A stretch of 64,000 bases of DNA from Pavona decussata (Eukaryota). Position 1 is the first letter of the stretch, and every line of letters begins with the position of its first letter. A program made the position numbers and the translations under genes. Below the pieces are notes generated by a model. The model was not told the origin of the DNA and searched no databases. It saw only the letters and a program-made list of their open reading frames with translations. Positions 1 through 12,857 of the stretch are shown here, piece after piece. Location of the stretch: contig CDRNST010000104.1 in the NCBI GenBank assembly GCA_977016875.1, positions 5,270,001 through 5,334,000 on the forward strand, given 5' to 3'.

Positions 1-656
1 AGGCTGAGGCGACAGAAGAAGCGCTTGATGTAGCCCGACCGAGTAAAGAAAAAAGCCAGGACGAAAATGAACATTCTGAGAACGAAGATTGTTCGATAAT
101 GGAGCGTGAAAAGGTTACTGCTTCCGAGGCTAACGCTGCAGTATGAGTGCGCAACTTCGTTGTCTGCAGCGACAAGGCAGGTGCCCGGGAAGAATAAATT
201 CTCTGGTACCTTTCAATTATGGAGGTCATGTTTCTTGCCATTGATGCCGTGGGTCGAAAAAAGCAATTAACATTGGAAAAATTTTTTAGTGAAATGTGGA
301 ACTTTGTGTACAGACAAATCGGGAAGATGATCACTAAACGACATTGGTGATTTCCCGCAGGTGTTACTGTTACTTCTGAATTTAAAAGTTTTAAATTAAA
401 AGTGTTCTTGAAATTTATGTCCTGATTGTCAGCGTGTTACACTTATAGTTTACAGCATCAAATGAATAAAAGTAACGATTTCTATGTATACTGTAGTTTT
501 GAATTTTTGGTAATTTTAAATAACCCCACTATAACGAATATTTTTGCTGTTAAGCAGATAATTTGTTATAATGGGGTCCTCGTTATAGCAAAGACCCCGC
601 TATAATGAACATTTTTTTTTGGTACCGTGGCACTTCGTTATTACAGTGTTCCACTG
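1..656 (+). mobile_element. 3' part of a pogo/Tigger-like DNA transposon (degenerate transposase C-terminus and right end)
   Basis: Degenerate reading ...VTASEANAAV*VRNF...GRKKQLTLEKFF resembles Tigger C-termini. Subterminal (C)GTTATA/TATAAC repeats are present, and the element ends CCACTG followed by TA. Confidence 0.55.
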
Positions 657-909
657 TAAATAGAATCAGAAATGATTTCATTTTTAAAGCTTCAACGTTA
701 AATTTGTCAGAATTACAGTCTTTATAGAGTGCTTCAGGTCTTAAAACGTCAGTTACAAATTCAAATCTGTCGTCTTTTGGCATTGTCACCCAGGTGAGAA
801 ATTTTTTGCGATTCATAAAGGAGCCAACACTTTGGTCTGTTAGGATTGGCTGGAGTAATTGCTTTGGCTTTGGTTTTACGACTCCTAATTGCAAGTGCTC
901 TATCCCCAG

Positions 910-1052
910 TGTGACGTCATGTTAGTCACGTGCCCTCTTTGCCATGTGCTTGTTGTGTTGAATTAAAACATGGAATTGTTGTTCTCATTATAGAACTGTG
1001 GGTCGTCTTATTTCTCACCTCATTTGCGCTTCCAAAACAGCGTAACGTTACA
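910..1052 (+). repeat. 5' LTR of Gypsy element A
   Basis: TGTGACG...CGTTACA ends form an imperfect terminal inverted repeat, followed immediately by a PBS. Confidence 0.75.
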
Positions 1053-1066
1053 TGGTGTCAGACGTG
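1053..1066 (+). promoter_or_regulatory. Primer-binding site (tRNA-Leu-like)
   Basis: TGGTGTCAGACGTG lies directly after the LTR's CA and resembles the complement of the tRNA-Leu 3' end (TGGTGTCAGAAGTG). Confidence 0.75.
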
Positions 1067-2934
1067 ATTGTTGTCGTGTTGTGGAAAGCCGCTGTAGAGT
1101 AAATTCAAGCTTTCAAAGTCTCAATTGAGTAAACATTGTGCTTCAACGCGCAGCCATTTTGAATCAACGGACATGCCGGACAAAGCAGATGCTATTAACC
1201 CGCTGCAATCAAGGTTTATTGCCAATGTATCACTTCCCCAGAAATTCGACACTAAAGGAAACCTGGCTACCAGTAACTGGTATTGGGAAAAGTGGGTACA
1301 GGTTTGGAAAGCGTATGAAATTGTCACTGGGTTGGACAAACAACCTCCAACGCTTCGTGTTGCCACGTTTATCATGTGTATCGATCCAGATCCGCTGGAA
1401 ATACACACTGGGTTGCCGTTCTCGTCGGAGGCTGAGAGGGAAAACACGGATAAAGTCCTCGAATTGTGGCAGTACTACTGCATAGGAAGAAAAAACGTAA
1501 TTTATGAAAGATACAAGTTCAACAACCGTTCACAACAAGCAGATGATTCGATTGATGCATACACAACAGCGCTTCGCACACTTGGGAAACCTGCGAATTT
1601 GGTTTGTTAAAAGATGATTTAATTCAAGACCGTTAAGTCTGTGGTATTAGGGACAATGGTCAGAGGAAAAAGCTTCTCCAGGAACCGAAATTAACTCTGG
1701 AAAAATGCCTTGATAGCTGTCAAGCAGCTGAAGACCAAGATATGTCAGTCAAGGCAAGGAATCAAGTGAAGTCAACGCGCTCAAATCATCTTGTCCAAAG
1801 CCAAACTTTTGGTCAAATCTGCAAGAAGTGCAAGAAAGAGAATCACATAGTGAGCAAGTGTCATCTTCATGGAAAGAAGAGTAGCTCTAAGGAAAAGAAG
1901 CCAAAGGCTACAAAACCCAGCTCCAAAAAAAGCGTCCTGAAGAAAGTGAATGCTCTTGAAGCCCACACTTCGTCAGAGGAAGAACTCTTGGCTGTAGAGC
2001 TCTCCACAGAGGATGTTAATGTGAGTACTGCTAAGTGGTTGATGTCAGTGCTGTCAGTAATTTCCCAAGTAAGATTTATGCAGCTATGGAAATACATGGA
2101 AAGACCGTAAAAATGCGGATCGACTCTGTGGCATCATGCAATGTACTTCCAAAGGAATACCTTGACAGCTTACAACAAGGAGCGAATACTAGCACAGGCG
2201 TACAGAGGCTGAACGGGTTTGTAAACTACTTATCAAAGTTTCTAACATGAAAAGACACCAAATTTAACTGGACTGAAGAGCAAGAGAACGCATTCACAGA
2301 AGTCAAGCATCTTGTGACTACCGCCCAGGTACTTAGCTATTACAACCTGAAGGCCGAGCTTGAAATCCAGTGTAAACCAGCAAGAAAGGCCTAGGAGCTG
2401 CCTTCCTACAAAGAGGCACACTGATCCAATACAAAAGCAGACCATACACTGAAACCGAGCAGCGATTCATGCAGATCAAGAAGGAGATGCTCAGGATCGT
2501 ATTCTCACTCCAAAAATTAACTAGTACATCTACGAACGCCACGTGAAAATCCAGAGGGACCACAAACCGCTAGAGTCCATTCTGAAGAAGTCTCTTGTAT
2601 GGGAGGCCATATTATTCAAAAGTGGCACGAGCTCACGATTGGTGATCGAGAACACGATCACTATGGTCGAGATTCACGATTGGTGATTGAGAATGACGAT
2701 CGCTATGGTCCAAAACACGATTGATGATTGAGAACACGATCGCTATTGTCGAAAAAAAAAATGGATGATCGAAAATATCGATCCCTATGGTCGACAATAT
2801 CGACTGTCAATTGGTGATCGAGAATGTCGACCAATAGATTGAGAATAGCGATTGGTAATTGAGAATTGGGAAGGACTGGAAACGAGTGAGGGATAATACA
2901 CTCACACTTACATCAAGTAGTAACCCGCCGCCGA

Positions 2935-4389
2935 ATGCGCGGATGACCAAGATTGTCGAGACTTAGAGGAATTTTTTGACTCCATGAAGCAGTGCTTCGA
3001 TGAGGTAGATAAGGAGCTCAATGATGAACTTAATTCTTTTCCTCTAGACTATTCAGAGAGTAGGCTAGAGGATCATTTCCAAGTTGTTGACATGCAATAG
3101 TAATTGCAATACAAAATAATGCCAACGATGAACTGAAGCAACTTATGGAAGATCTGCTCTTGGTTTCGCAAAGCTTGTTGCAGAAAATCCGTACCACAAA
3201 GAGTCAGAGAGAAATGAGCAAAAGTAAGTCACCAGCTTGGGTTCTTAGTACACAAGCAAGCACAGGAGGAAGACCCAGGTTTAACATTACCAAAGAACAA
3301 ATCAAAACTGGGATGAATTGGAAAGGAATAGCACTTTCACTTGGGATTAGTGAGAGCACTTTATATCGACGAAGACAAGAGTTTGGACTTCATGAAAGCT
3401 TTGTGGACATTATTTATGAAGAACTTTATACTGTTGTGACAGGAATGTTGAGCCAGACACCTGATGCTGGCGAGTCCCATGTAAGTGGTGGTCTGCAGGC
3501 TTGTGGTATTTTTGTTTAAAGACACCGAATAAGAGACATTCTAAGTAAGATTGATCCTGTTGGTAGAGCACTGGGGAGGGGAACTGCAATTCAAAGGAAG
3601 CAGTACAATGTCAGGGCTCCTGATCACCTTTGGCATATGGATGGGAACCATAAACTTGTGAATTGGAGGTTCGTCATACATGGATGCACAGATGGGTATA
3701 GCAGGGCAATAGTCTATCTAAACTGTGCAACAAACAACTTAGCATCTACAGTTTTGCAATATTTTATCGAGGGTACCCATGATTTTGGGTTACCTCTATG
3801 TGTGAGGGGAGACCATGGTGTCGAAAATGTTGAAGTTGCAAGGTTTATGGTTGAGAATCGTGGTGATAATCGAGGCAGTTTCATAGCAGGAAGAAGTGTT
3901 CACAATGTCCGTATTGAGAGACTGTGGCGGGAGACAAATAGGGTGGTCATTGCATTTTACAGAGATATCTTTAATTTTTTGGAAAACTCGTGCTTGCTTG
4001 ATTCACTCTAAGAGATTGATCTATTTGCTCTACATTTCATCTATTTACCAAGGATCAATGCATCACTTGGGCAATTTGTAGAGCAGTGGAACTTCCATGG
4101 GATATGTACCGCAGGATACCAATCCCCAATGGCACTGTGGCATGCCGGCATAATGCACAGTATGGATGATGCAATGCTTTGCGATCCAGAATCTTATGGC
4201 ATTGACTTTGAGTCAAGTGTGTCAGAGATGGATGATGATTGTAATGTTGTTGTTCCTGGGAACCAAGTCCAACTGACTGTGCAAGAAATGACAGCCTTAA
4301 AGACCCATGTGCCAGATCATTTAGAGGATGATGGAAATTCTGGAATTGATCTTTTCCTCTCAGAGTTCGTGATTTTGTCAAGTCAGTAA
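2935..4389 (+). pseudogene. IS3EU-type DDE (integrase-core) transposase with N-terminal HTH, premature stops
   Basis: HTH GGRPRFNIT...IALSLGISESTLYRRRQE. Core motifs [26 protein letters not shown] and [10 protein letters not shown]. Stops at ~3517 and ~4009, plus an early frameshift. Confidence 0.85.
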
Positions 4390-5251
4390 GAAACTTGCCT
4401 TAGTTAAACTGTTTAATTTATTAACAGTTAAAGGCACAGTGATGTAAAACACTAGAGGAAAGTGCACTTTTACCAACCCTGGTTCAACCTTTAATTTTCC
4501 TTCACCATCACAAGTCTTAGTCAACTTCTTTCACTGATCTGACATTGTTATGAGATGTGACAAAAGGTCTCAAGTGATTTAAGTGCTCTTAGAGTTCTCC
4601 TTAACTGGATGCACTGTGAGTCAACCCAAAACTCAAACCAAAAACACATTTGACCCTGAACAAGCTAGATGAACATTACTGTACATACTCAGTATGTAGA
4701 CAACTTACAGTATTTGTTGAGGGGAAAGAAACAAGCATGAAAAGATAGCCATTTAAATCCAGGATACAGCTGTAGTTTGCTTTATTTGCTGAGTTGCATT
4801 ATTTTGCCCAGCTTTTGGAAGGGAGGTTGCCAGGTTTCAGGATTTATAATAATCATGAATTCACTAGATCCCTTTCTATCACTGTTATCTAATGTTTGAT
4901 ATTCTTTGAGAAAAGGAAAAGAACAGGTCAGTTGGAAAAGCAGGAATTAAGGAATTTGGATTTTTTTCACTTTTCCTTGTGCTTTACAATAACATTAAAA
5001 AATATATACATGTATTCAACGGCTCACATATGTAACCATGTTCATGAGAGGTGTGACAGAAACAAAAATGAAGGTAAATAAAGAGATATTTAACAATAGG
5101 ATTTTGAATTCCACCATTCCAGCTTTTCTAGCCTACCGACATTCAATTATTTGGTCCACATTGGGCTACTAATGTTATTTTATTAACTCAACATATGAAA
5201 ATACAGTTTTACTGTTACATTTGAGCATAAGATTTCCAGCTGTACTGTTAT

Positions 5252-5252
5252 A

Positions 5253-5296
<44 letters not shown>

Positions 5297-5310
5297 AATA
5301 ATAATAATAT
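5252..5310. repeat. (ATG)n(ATA)n compound microsatellite
   Basis: Directly visible. Confidence 0.95.
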
Positions 5311-6307
5311 TGTTATTCATCATCATAGTAATCAGAATTACTGGAGAAATCATAATAAATTTATAGTAATCACATAACTTGAATATGCTGCTACATATTT
5401 GTTCTGTACTTCCATACAGCAAAACTGAACACATTGAACTATAACTTTAAACAGAAACCTTAAGTGAAATGACAAACTTTCAGTGAATGTATCATGTGTA
5501 TTAAAAACCAACTAAAAGTTTTCTCTTGTAAAGCTGTAACGCACTTCTGTCGTGTTTCTTAAATTCAACAAATCCTTCTCAGACAATAGAAGGCTAAACA
5601 TGTGCTAATCAGCTGCTAGTAATTACTTGAGATATGATTTCTGCAAAAGCTCCTCTTGGGTGTTTACGAATAAACACAATTCATCAACAGTACGAGGACT
5701 TCTTGAAAGTTGATGTTTAATCCACCTAAAAAATAATGTAAACTGCAGTTTGCAATCCCACCCTGACACCCACACACGGTTTATGTTGTAAAACAGTAAC
5801 TAATAACAGTGTTTTGTGTTGAAAAAAAAAAAAAAACCTTTTTTATTCTCTTAGAACTGGAACAAAACTGTAAACAGTGAGAAACAAAATTATCTTGCCT
5901 TGAACAATTTGAAAATCTTTGTTTCTATCAATGATTAACCTGTTATCATAACTTGAGACAACAACTTTTGTGTACTGAACATACTAAGTATAACCCTCTC
6001 CAAAATTGGCCAGTCTGTTTCCACACTGTCTATCAGACACATTGATTGAGATTCTATTGAGATATCGAGTATTCTTGAGGGAAATGCTTGTATGCATGCT
6101 CACTTGGTTGGGTTACTCAGTGAGTCGTGACTGCAAAGCTGCTACATGGGAACCATCAAGTGAAACGAGGCATCAGGGGAAACAGGACAGGATGGGAAAA
6201 GGTTTTGCCATCCCTTCTCTTGACGGTTCGCAAATCACAGCTATGCATATGAAAATCCAAACAACTGAGTCTGCTTGCAGGCTAATATTAGAGAAGTATT
6301 AAAACAC

Positions 6308-7345
6308 CTAAATCATGTCAAAAGACCATGCTTGGTTTTCTTTCATGACATTAGTAAATTCTTCTGCCAGAGATGGGTATGATTCATATGTAGTAGGACG
6401 CTCAAGCATTGGTATACATGTTCGAATCACAGGGCGTCGCTGAAAACCTTCTAAAGAAGAGGACACTTCAATGTGGTCACAGGTAATGACATCACTTCCT
6501 GTGCAGAAATGGAGAAACTTGGCCAGTGCTTTTCCTTCTCAGGTTTTGACAAACCTTTTGAGATGTTCCAGACTCTGTCCTTAGGCTTCACTGGACAGCT
6601 CTGCCCTGAACAGGTTATTTATTTTCTTGGCTGTTAGACGCTTGCTGTCATATAGTTCCTTGAGCACTTCAAGGATTTGGGAAGTGTAATCACAGTGCAG
6701 TAAGTTTACAATAGGGGCCCAGCTGTTTAATACATATCTTGGTTTTTGAACCAATTCTTGGTGAGCCAACTCCATGATTATTGTTCGAATGTTGTCTTTG
6801 TTGGGCACCCTGAAGCACTAGAATGTCGAGAGGAATTCAAAGCCATCTTTGTCGTTGGCATCGAAAGCATCACTGAGACATGTGTCCAAGACCTCTGTCT
6901 TCGGCTGCAATGTCCTGTGTAAACGATGCTAGAAGAAAGTCTGGTGTGATGCCTTCTTCTCCAAACAAGCATGATGCCAAGAATAGATGAGAAAGTTTCA
7001 AAGGGAAGTACTTAACGGTCTTGTAACCATAAACCAGGATTCTTGCAATAGTTTCCCACTCAGGCTTCAGCAGGTCATGCCTGATAAAAGGAATTTTCTC
7101 TCCACTTCCAACTGTGAGTGAAGTGAAAAAATCCTGCCAGAATTCAGTAAGAATGTCAAGCAGAACTCCCTTGCCCCTCCCTTCTTCTGGATGGCTATTT
7201 GCATCAATGACATTGACATTAAGAAGGCAATTTGAAATATTGGGATCACTGAATATTTCAATAAGGTCTTTTCTCATGGTACTTCGATGCACAGTGACAC
7301 AGTTTTTACGTGCATCTTCATCATAAAGAATGGGAATCAAATCTA
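6308..7345 (-). pseudogene. HECT-domain (G2E3-like) E3 ubiquitin ligase-like gene, last exon; upstream exons probably extend to ~9140
   Basis: Motifs VTVHRSTMRKDLIEIF...EEGRGKGVLLDILTEFW, IARILVYGY..VKYFPLKLS and FLHFCTGSDVI...RRPVIRTCIPMLERPTTYESY...FDMI*. The catalytic Cys position (xTC) is retained. Frameshifts and stops are present. Confidence 0.7.
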
Positions 7346-7762
7346 CAAATAGAAACAATAAAGTAATTTAATACATTTAACAATCAAATTTAAAAAAGGC
7401 CTTAAAAAGGAATAAAACTATTTAAATGAAATATAGTCTAACTAAATGTAACTGGTTTAATAAGACTGGCAGATGGGTTGAGAGGAAAAAATATAAGGTA
7501 TGTACAAAACTGAATTGAGTGCTTTGACTCTTAAGCAAATCTGCACTAAAACGAAATTAATTACCATAACTTGTAATTTTTTTCATCACAGTGATTAATT
7601 CCACCCTAAATAAATATAATCTTAACGGACAGATTTCAAAAAAACTACCTATATGCACAGGACACGAACGTCCATATTACGAATTGATGAAAGATAGTGC
7701 ATACTATCACAACAATGCAAAGTTACAGTTTTAATTACATGGCAAAGGTTACCTTGATTACT

Positions 7763-7965
7763 ACACTAGTTGATTATTGACTTGAAGTTGATAATGGTAA
7801 ATTAATCGCCGTAGCAAGTTTCTAGTGGCTGACGTATCGAGCATTTAGCCCTTTGCTCCGATGAAGGGATAGCTGTTAATTTACCTTAATCAACTTCGAG
7901 TTGATAATCAACTAGTGTTTTACTTGCCTGCCGACGCAGCACAACAGTTTCATTAGAAACTAATC
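7763..7965. repeat. Penelope-like inverted pseudo-LTR remnant with a degenerate hammerhead-like core
   Basis: A 43-bp inverted repeat (7763-7805 vs 7876-7918) flanks CTGACGTATCGAGCATTTAGCCCTTTG...CCGATGAAGGG. Confidence 0.5.
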
Positions 7966-8001
7966 ACTTTGTACCTTGATTATTAGTTGGCTCGACAATC
8001 T

Positions 8002-8152
8002 GGGCCTCTTGCAGTTGGATGGTGGGATCTGACTGGGTTGCCCAAGCAGGTTGGATCTGTTGCAACTGAATGATGTGAACCGAGTTGGTTGCCTGTGCAG
8101 GCTGGGCCTGTTGCAGTTGGATGGTGTGACCTGACTGGGTTGCCTGTGCTGA
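8002..8152 (-). repeat. Three imperfect 51-bp tandem repeats, possibly coding within the cargo gene
   Basis: 17-codon periodicity (AQATQSGHTIQLQQAQP, or TGNPVRSHHPTATGPAC in the other frame). Confidence 0.7.
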
Positions 8153-11100
8153 TTGATTTCCTATTGCATAAAATGAAAACTTTGAAAGTACATAATACAA
8201 TCAGCATCCAGTCCGGGGAAGGGGTTAGGGCCTGGGGCTGAGAAACCATGCTTTCACAATTTGCAAACTAGGACCTCATGACAGTGTAGTTGCTACAAAT
8301 TGTAAACAGAATCAAATAATCTGCTATGATAGCATTTGCAGCATCAAGAGATATCGTGAATCCTTTCCCGACCACGAAGATAATTTCGTACGTCATACCC
8401 CAAAGGTAATGGCTATGTTGGGCTTTGGATTGGGGAGACTCATATTTTTCATAAAAGAGAACTTCAGATGCAAAATTTGACCTTGTGGAGAGGCATGTGT
8501 TAGCCAACCATAACCCAGTCCAGAGAAGAACCGACTGCTCAAAAGCTGAAATACTTGAGAGGTTGTGTGGAGGTTTTAGGGGGTGTGGGTGAATACCCAG
8601 TGGGGGCAGTCCACACACAGTTGTATGGTTGTTAATACTCATTTACCCACATAGCCCTCTCCCACCTTTAGATGTGTGTTTTTGCTCAAGGAGTGAATTT
8701 TAATTTCATTGTGTCTAGGATAATGAAAAAGCTGACATCGTTTGTGAATAGCAAGACTATTCAGGTACAATGAGTTATTTCCTGGAACGGTCTGATGTAT
8801 ATGGGCTTTTCTTTAAATACTCTGTGTACCATTACTCCATTCAGGCTTTGCCCTGGTGCCAGAGTAGGTTTGACGAAACATCCCTCATAATGGTCCTTTC
8901 ACAACGGACTTCCATTTTCCTTTTCCTCTTCCACAGTAAGTGTTGGAACTCGAACTTGAATTACAAAACTGCCTTCTGAAACTTGGCATGTAAGAGCGCC
9001 TGGCAGAACCACTTTGATTTGGAGGAGAAACTGCTGATTGCATTGCTGTTTCGCTGCCAAGGAGTACGGAAAGTTCAGATGCCTTCTGCTGCAGTTCTTC
9101 GAGAATTCGCTTTCCAGCGCTAGCATCAGAAAAGACGTGTTTTTCTCGAAGGCACGAAAATTCGTTTACTACTTGATGTAAGTGTGAGTGTATTATCCCT
9201 CACTCGTTTCCAGTCCTTTCCAGTTCTCAATTACCAATCGCTATTCTCAATCTATTGTTCGACATTCTCCATCACCAATCGACAGTTGATATTCTCAACC
9301 ATAGGGATTGACATTTACTATCATCAATTTTTTTTTACTATAGCGATCGTGTTGTCAATTATCAATCATGTTTTCGAACATAGTGATCGTCATTCTCAAT
9401 CACTAATTGTGAAGATCGACCATAGCGATCGTCATTCTCGATCACCAATCGATAATCTCAACCATAGCGATCGTCTTCTCGATCACCAATCGTGAGCTCG
9501 TACCACTTTTGAATGATATGACCTCCCATACTCTTCCGTGTGCACCAAAATGCCTTCAAGGTATGATGATGAGACTGTAGAAATATGATAACGAGGTGCA
9601 GTATGAGCGTGGCACGAACCTATCTCTGGCCGACAGAAAGAAAAAACCTCGCATATGCACATGAGCACTAGGAGTAACGAGTGTGCAAAGATGGCGGATA
9701 TTCAAGGGCGAATTATGAATCATTTTTGATCTTGTATGACGAACGCGTTTTCAGGCTGATTTGGCTAATATTCAAGAATGTATTTCTTCTTGAGGGCAAG
9801 TTTGACCTAGCCTTGTAAAACAAAAAAATAAGAAGACAAAAAGTAGTGAAAACCATCAATTTCCGAAGCAACAAAACCATCACAATAAATAAACTTATGA
9901 TGCTTGATACCTTCTCAAAATATGAAAATAATAAGAGCCTCGTTATATTAATAAGCTTTGTAAGTAAGTATATAACTCGTACTTGACATGATAAGTAAAA
10001 TATCAAATGCCATATTTGTGATGCCATTTTTTGTAAGAGCCATTCAAAGTTTATGTTTTGATATGAAAATGGTTGAAACACGTAATGAAACAAGCACAGA
10101 AAGCATGAGGAGAGGTTGCCTTAAAAAATCCAATGAAACAGTTCATTAATCCAACCCAACTGATAAAAAATTTGGATAATACAAATAAACATACCTTAAA
10201 GCATATTTCTTCTCTGATTGCTCGTTTGACATGTTTGTGTTTGAAGCTTTTTAGCTGTGCCAAGTGAAGACCGTGTAGAGTTCCATCTAAAACTGGCGGC
10301 AAAATGTGAGCAAGCATTCACTTTCCCACTCTTTTTATAAAACAAAGGAAGCCCATTCATAAGCACTTCCTTTGTTTTCGCTTTCCTCTGCTTATTTTGG
10401 GAGCAGGCTTTTGATGGATGGCTCGAAAACCTGTGGTTTTTCTTGCCTCAGACAACGAGAAATTCGGGCGAAAGATGCTCATTTGATATAAGGAAAATTC
10501 CCTAATCAGAGTAAAAAAATACGGGTTCACAAATCCCGTATTTTCCTGTTTCAAGTACTTGCAAGAAAAAAGAAAGGCGACTCCCAGTTCTTCCTTTCCA
10601 TGTAAAAAAAGTGGTAGTTGTAATGAAATATTAGTGTCTTGTCCTAACGCTTATATAAGGTTTTTGCCAGTCTTAGTGGGACAGAAAACTGTGGAAATAA
10701 TATTTGTAACCACCACCTATTTGAGGCAGATAATAGCCCAATAATAACGGAAAACAGCAACTTTGTTGGTCCAAGAAAAAGAAAGGTGAGAAAAATAATT
10801 TTATTTGCAGTACTGCATTTGTGACATTACCAAGCTCCTCACCCCTAGCCCTCATATCTAAAAGGGAATACAAAATACAAATGTGGGCATGGTGCTGTGA
10901 AACTTGTAGGAGGGGCACATTTTTGGGGGGTGACAGGGGGTTATAATACTTCCCATTTTTCCTGATTAAAAAGTGATTATCATACACACAAATTATTTTT
11001 AGGGACCTTTATTCGCACTGAAAGAATACCGACTTGGATTTTTAATTAACTATCAATCACATATTTTTAATGAATTTTTGGATAAAATTAGATCAATGAA

Positions 11101-12207
11101 CTGACTGATGGAGACAAGTCATTGGGCAAGGATATTCGACCATTGGAAGCTCTGAAAGCTGAAAATAACATGCTTAAGGAAAAACTTCAACGTATGGGTC
11201 AAAATTCTAAAACTTCAAGAAATAAACTGAAACTCTTAATTATATTTTACATTGTCTGCCCGAAAACAATACAAGTGTTTTTATTGCAGGAACTTCATTC
11301 AAAGGCCTCTTGGACAAGTTCCATAGTGCACTGACACTACACTATTCAGACGATGGGCAAAAACTATACGAACCCAAAGAAATGAGGAAATTCGCCGAGA
11401 AGTTGGCTCCTGGTTTATTTGAGCGGGTTCTGGAAATAATCTCTGCTGATAATAAACGAGAACAATTACAACAACATCGGGCAGTGGCCTTACTCCATCA
11501 GATGTATTTTTTAAAAAATCACCTATTTATGCTTAGTTTGAATATCATCAGATCTGTCTAGTAGACCATGTGCCTGTAGTAATACCTAAAGAATTATGTA
11601 CATAATCCTTGGGGACCAAGTGCATCACTAGCGACTGTCTGCGGCACCTTGGGGTCCACAACGATGCATGCACATGTATTAAGATGCATCACTTTCCTCA
11701 GTCACACAAATACTAACAAAACTTGTTCACATTCATCACAGCAAGGAATGATGACTGGAAAGTCTTTAGGATTCGCTCCACACCCAAGAACCATCTTTAA
11801 TAAAAAGAAGGCCCTGGCCAACAGGGTTGTCAAAAAGTTTTGAAGTAGATGGAGATAAACAGAAAGTAGATGGCACTGGGTGTCGGAGACACCCCCACAG
11901 GCGAGGGGTCTCAGGGCCGCCTAGGCCCCCAGTAGCGTACAGGGGCAGCGCCCCGTTGGGGGTTCAGTGGGCAAAGCCCCCGGAGCAAAATGGATTTGGT
12001 GTTTTCACACTTGCTAAAAACTGCCTTTCCTGAGAGCAATTAATTCTAATAGTCTTTTTTCATAAAAGAAAATCATTTATCAGTCACTTGTTTTACCTCG
12101 TTTTGGAACAATGAACTTACCTTCATTTCTTGATCTTTTGCTGAAAAAGTTAACTAAAGAGGATTGTCGCTTAGACATTATGCGAGTTCAGGAGCGAGAC
12201 TTGATCA

Positions 12208-12291
12208 AAACACTTGTAACTTTCCGCGTGGTAATCAGTTGTGTATGAGAAACACTTGTAACTTTCCGCGTGGTAATCAGTTGTGTATGAG
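12208..12291. repeat. Perfect 42-bp tandem duplication
   Basis: AAACACTTGTAACTTTCCGCGTGGTAATCAGTTGTGTATGAG occurs twice. Confidence 0.95.
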
Positions 12292-12857
12292 TAATTTAAC
12301 ACCTTGTCGGCTGTTAAAAGGTCGCGTCATCGCCATGTGCAAAAATGTAACTTCGCGCGCAGGATGTTACCTCAAATCAAATAGGTCGTCATAAAGGGGA
12401 TTTGTCACGAATAACGATGAAAAGAAATTTACCTTTTGTTGAAAATAGCTTTACCATAGTTTTAAATAAACTATAAAGGCAGCCCATTTCAAATAGTCTT
12501 GCGTAACGAGTTCGCAAAATAGTGATTCGTGAAAGCACAGTCAAGGCACTAATTCAATTAGATTACAAGCAGAAACTCTTGCAAAATAAAGCTAAGACTG
12601 AAACCCGAATAACTTTGATCGGAAATTGTATCTGTTAACTTGACGTTTGTTGAAAAACAAAGTTACCGCTAACCCGTACAATATTCATTTGACGATTCAG
12701 CCATGGGAGAAGAATTTTCAGCCTGGTTGGCCGGGGTCTTGGCTAATCGGGCTGAAAATTTTCCATGTAATCGCGCTTGCCAAGCCAGCAAGAATCAACA
12801 AGATGACAGTGTGCACATCATTACGCATGCTCACTGATGCCCCTGTTCCCTGTAAAC

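Larger units (their letters stand above)
2598..9530 (+). mobile_element. IS3EU-like DNA transposon (6.9 kb) with long TIRs, a transposase and a convergent HECT-like cargo gene
   Basis: Termini are TATGGGAGG...CCTCCCATA. TIRs span 2598-2923 and 9166-9530. The 6-bp TSD is CTCTTG/CTCTTC. The element interrupts Gypsy RNase H. Confidence 0.88.
910..9640 (+). mobile_element. Degenerate Ty3/Gypsy LTR retrotransposon A (5' LTR, gag, protease, RNase H), internally deleted and split by an IS3EU element
   Basis: LTR and PBS precede gag MPDKADAINPL...WKAYEIV (1173-~1960) and protease RIDSVASCNVLP. Most of RT is missing. RNase H DHKPLESILKKSL stops at 2597 and resumes after 9530 as ...CAPKCLQGMMMRL*KYDNEVQYERG. 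Many stops and frameshifts. Confidence 0.85.

Noticed and set aside
2620-2870. Regularly spaced ~37-bp repeats resembling a CRISPR array (also 9220-9500)
   Set aside because: No unique spacers, no cas genes and a eukaryotic context; they are sub-repeats of transposon TIRs.
5183-5434. ORF with a poly-Ile tract
   Set aside because: Translation of an (ATG/ATA)n microsatellite.
6308-7345. Host G2E3 orthologue
   Set aside because: It lies inside TIRs and a TSD, is disrupted, and no PHD/RING region was recognised; treated as transposon cargo with no gene symbol.
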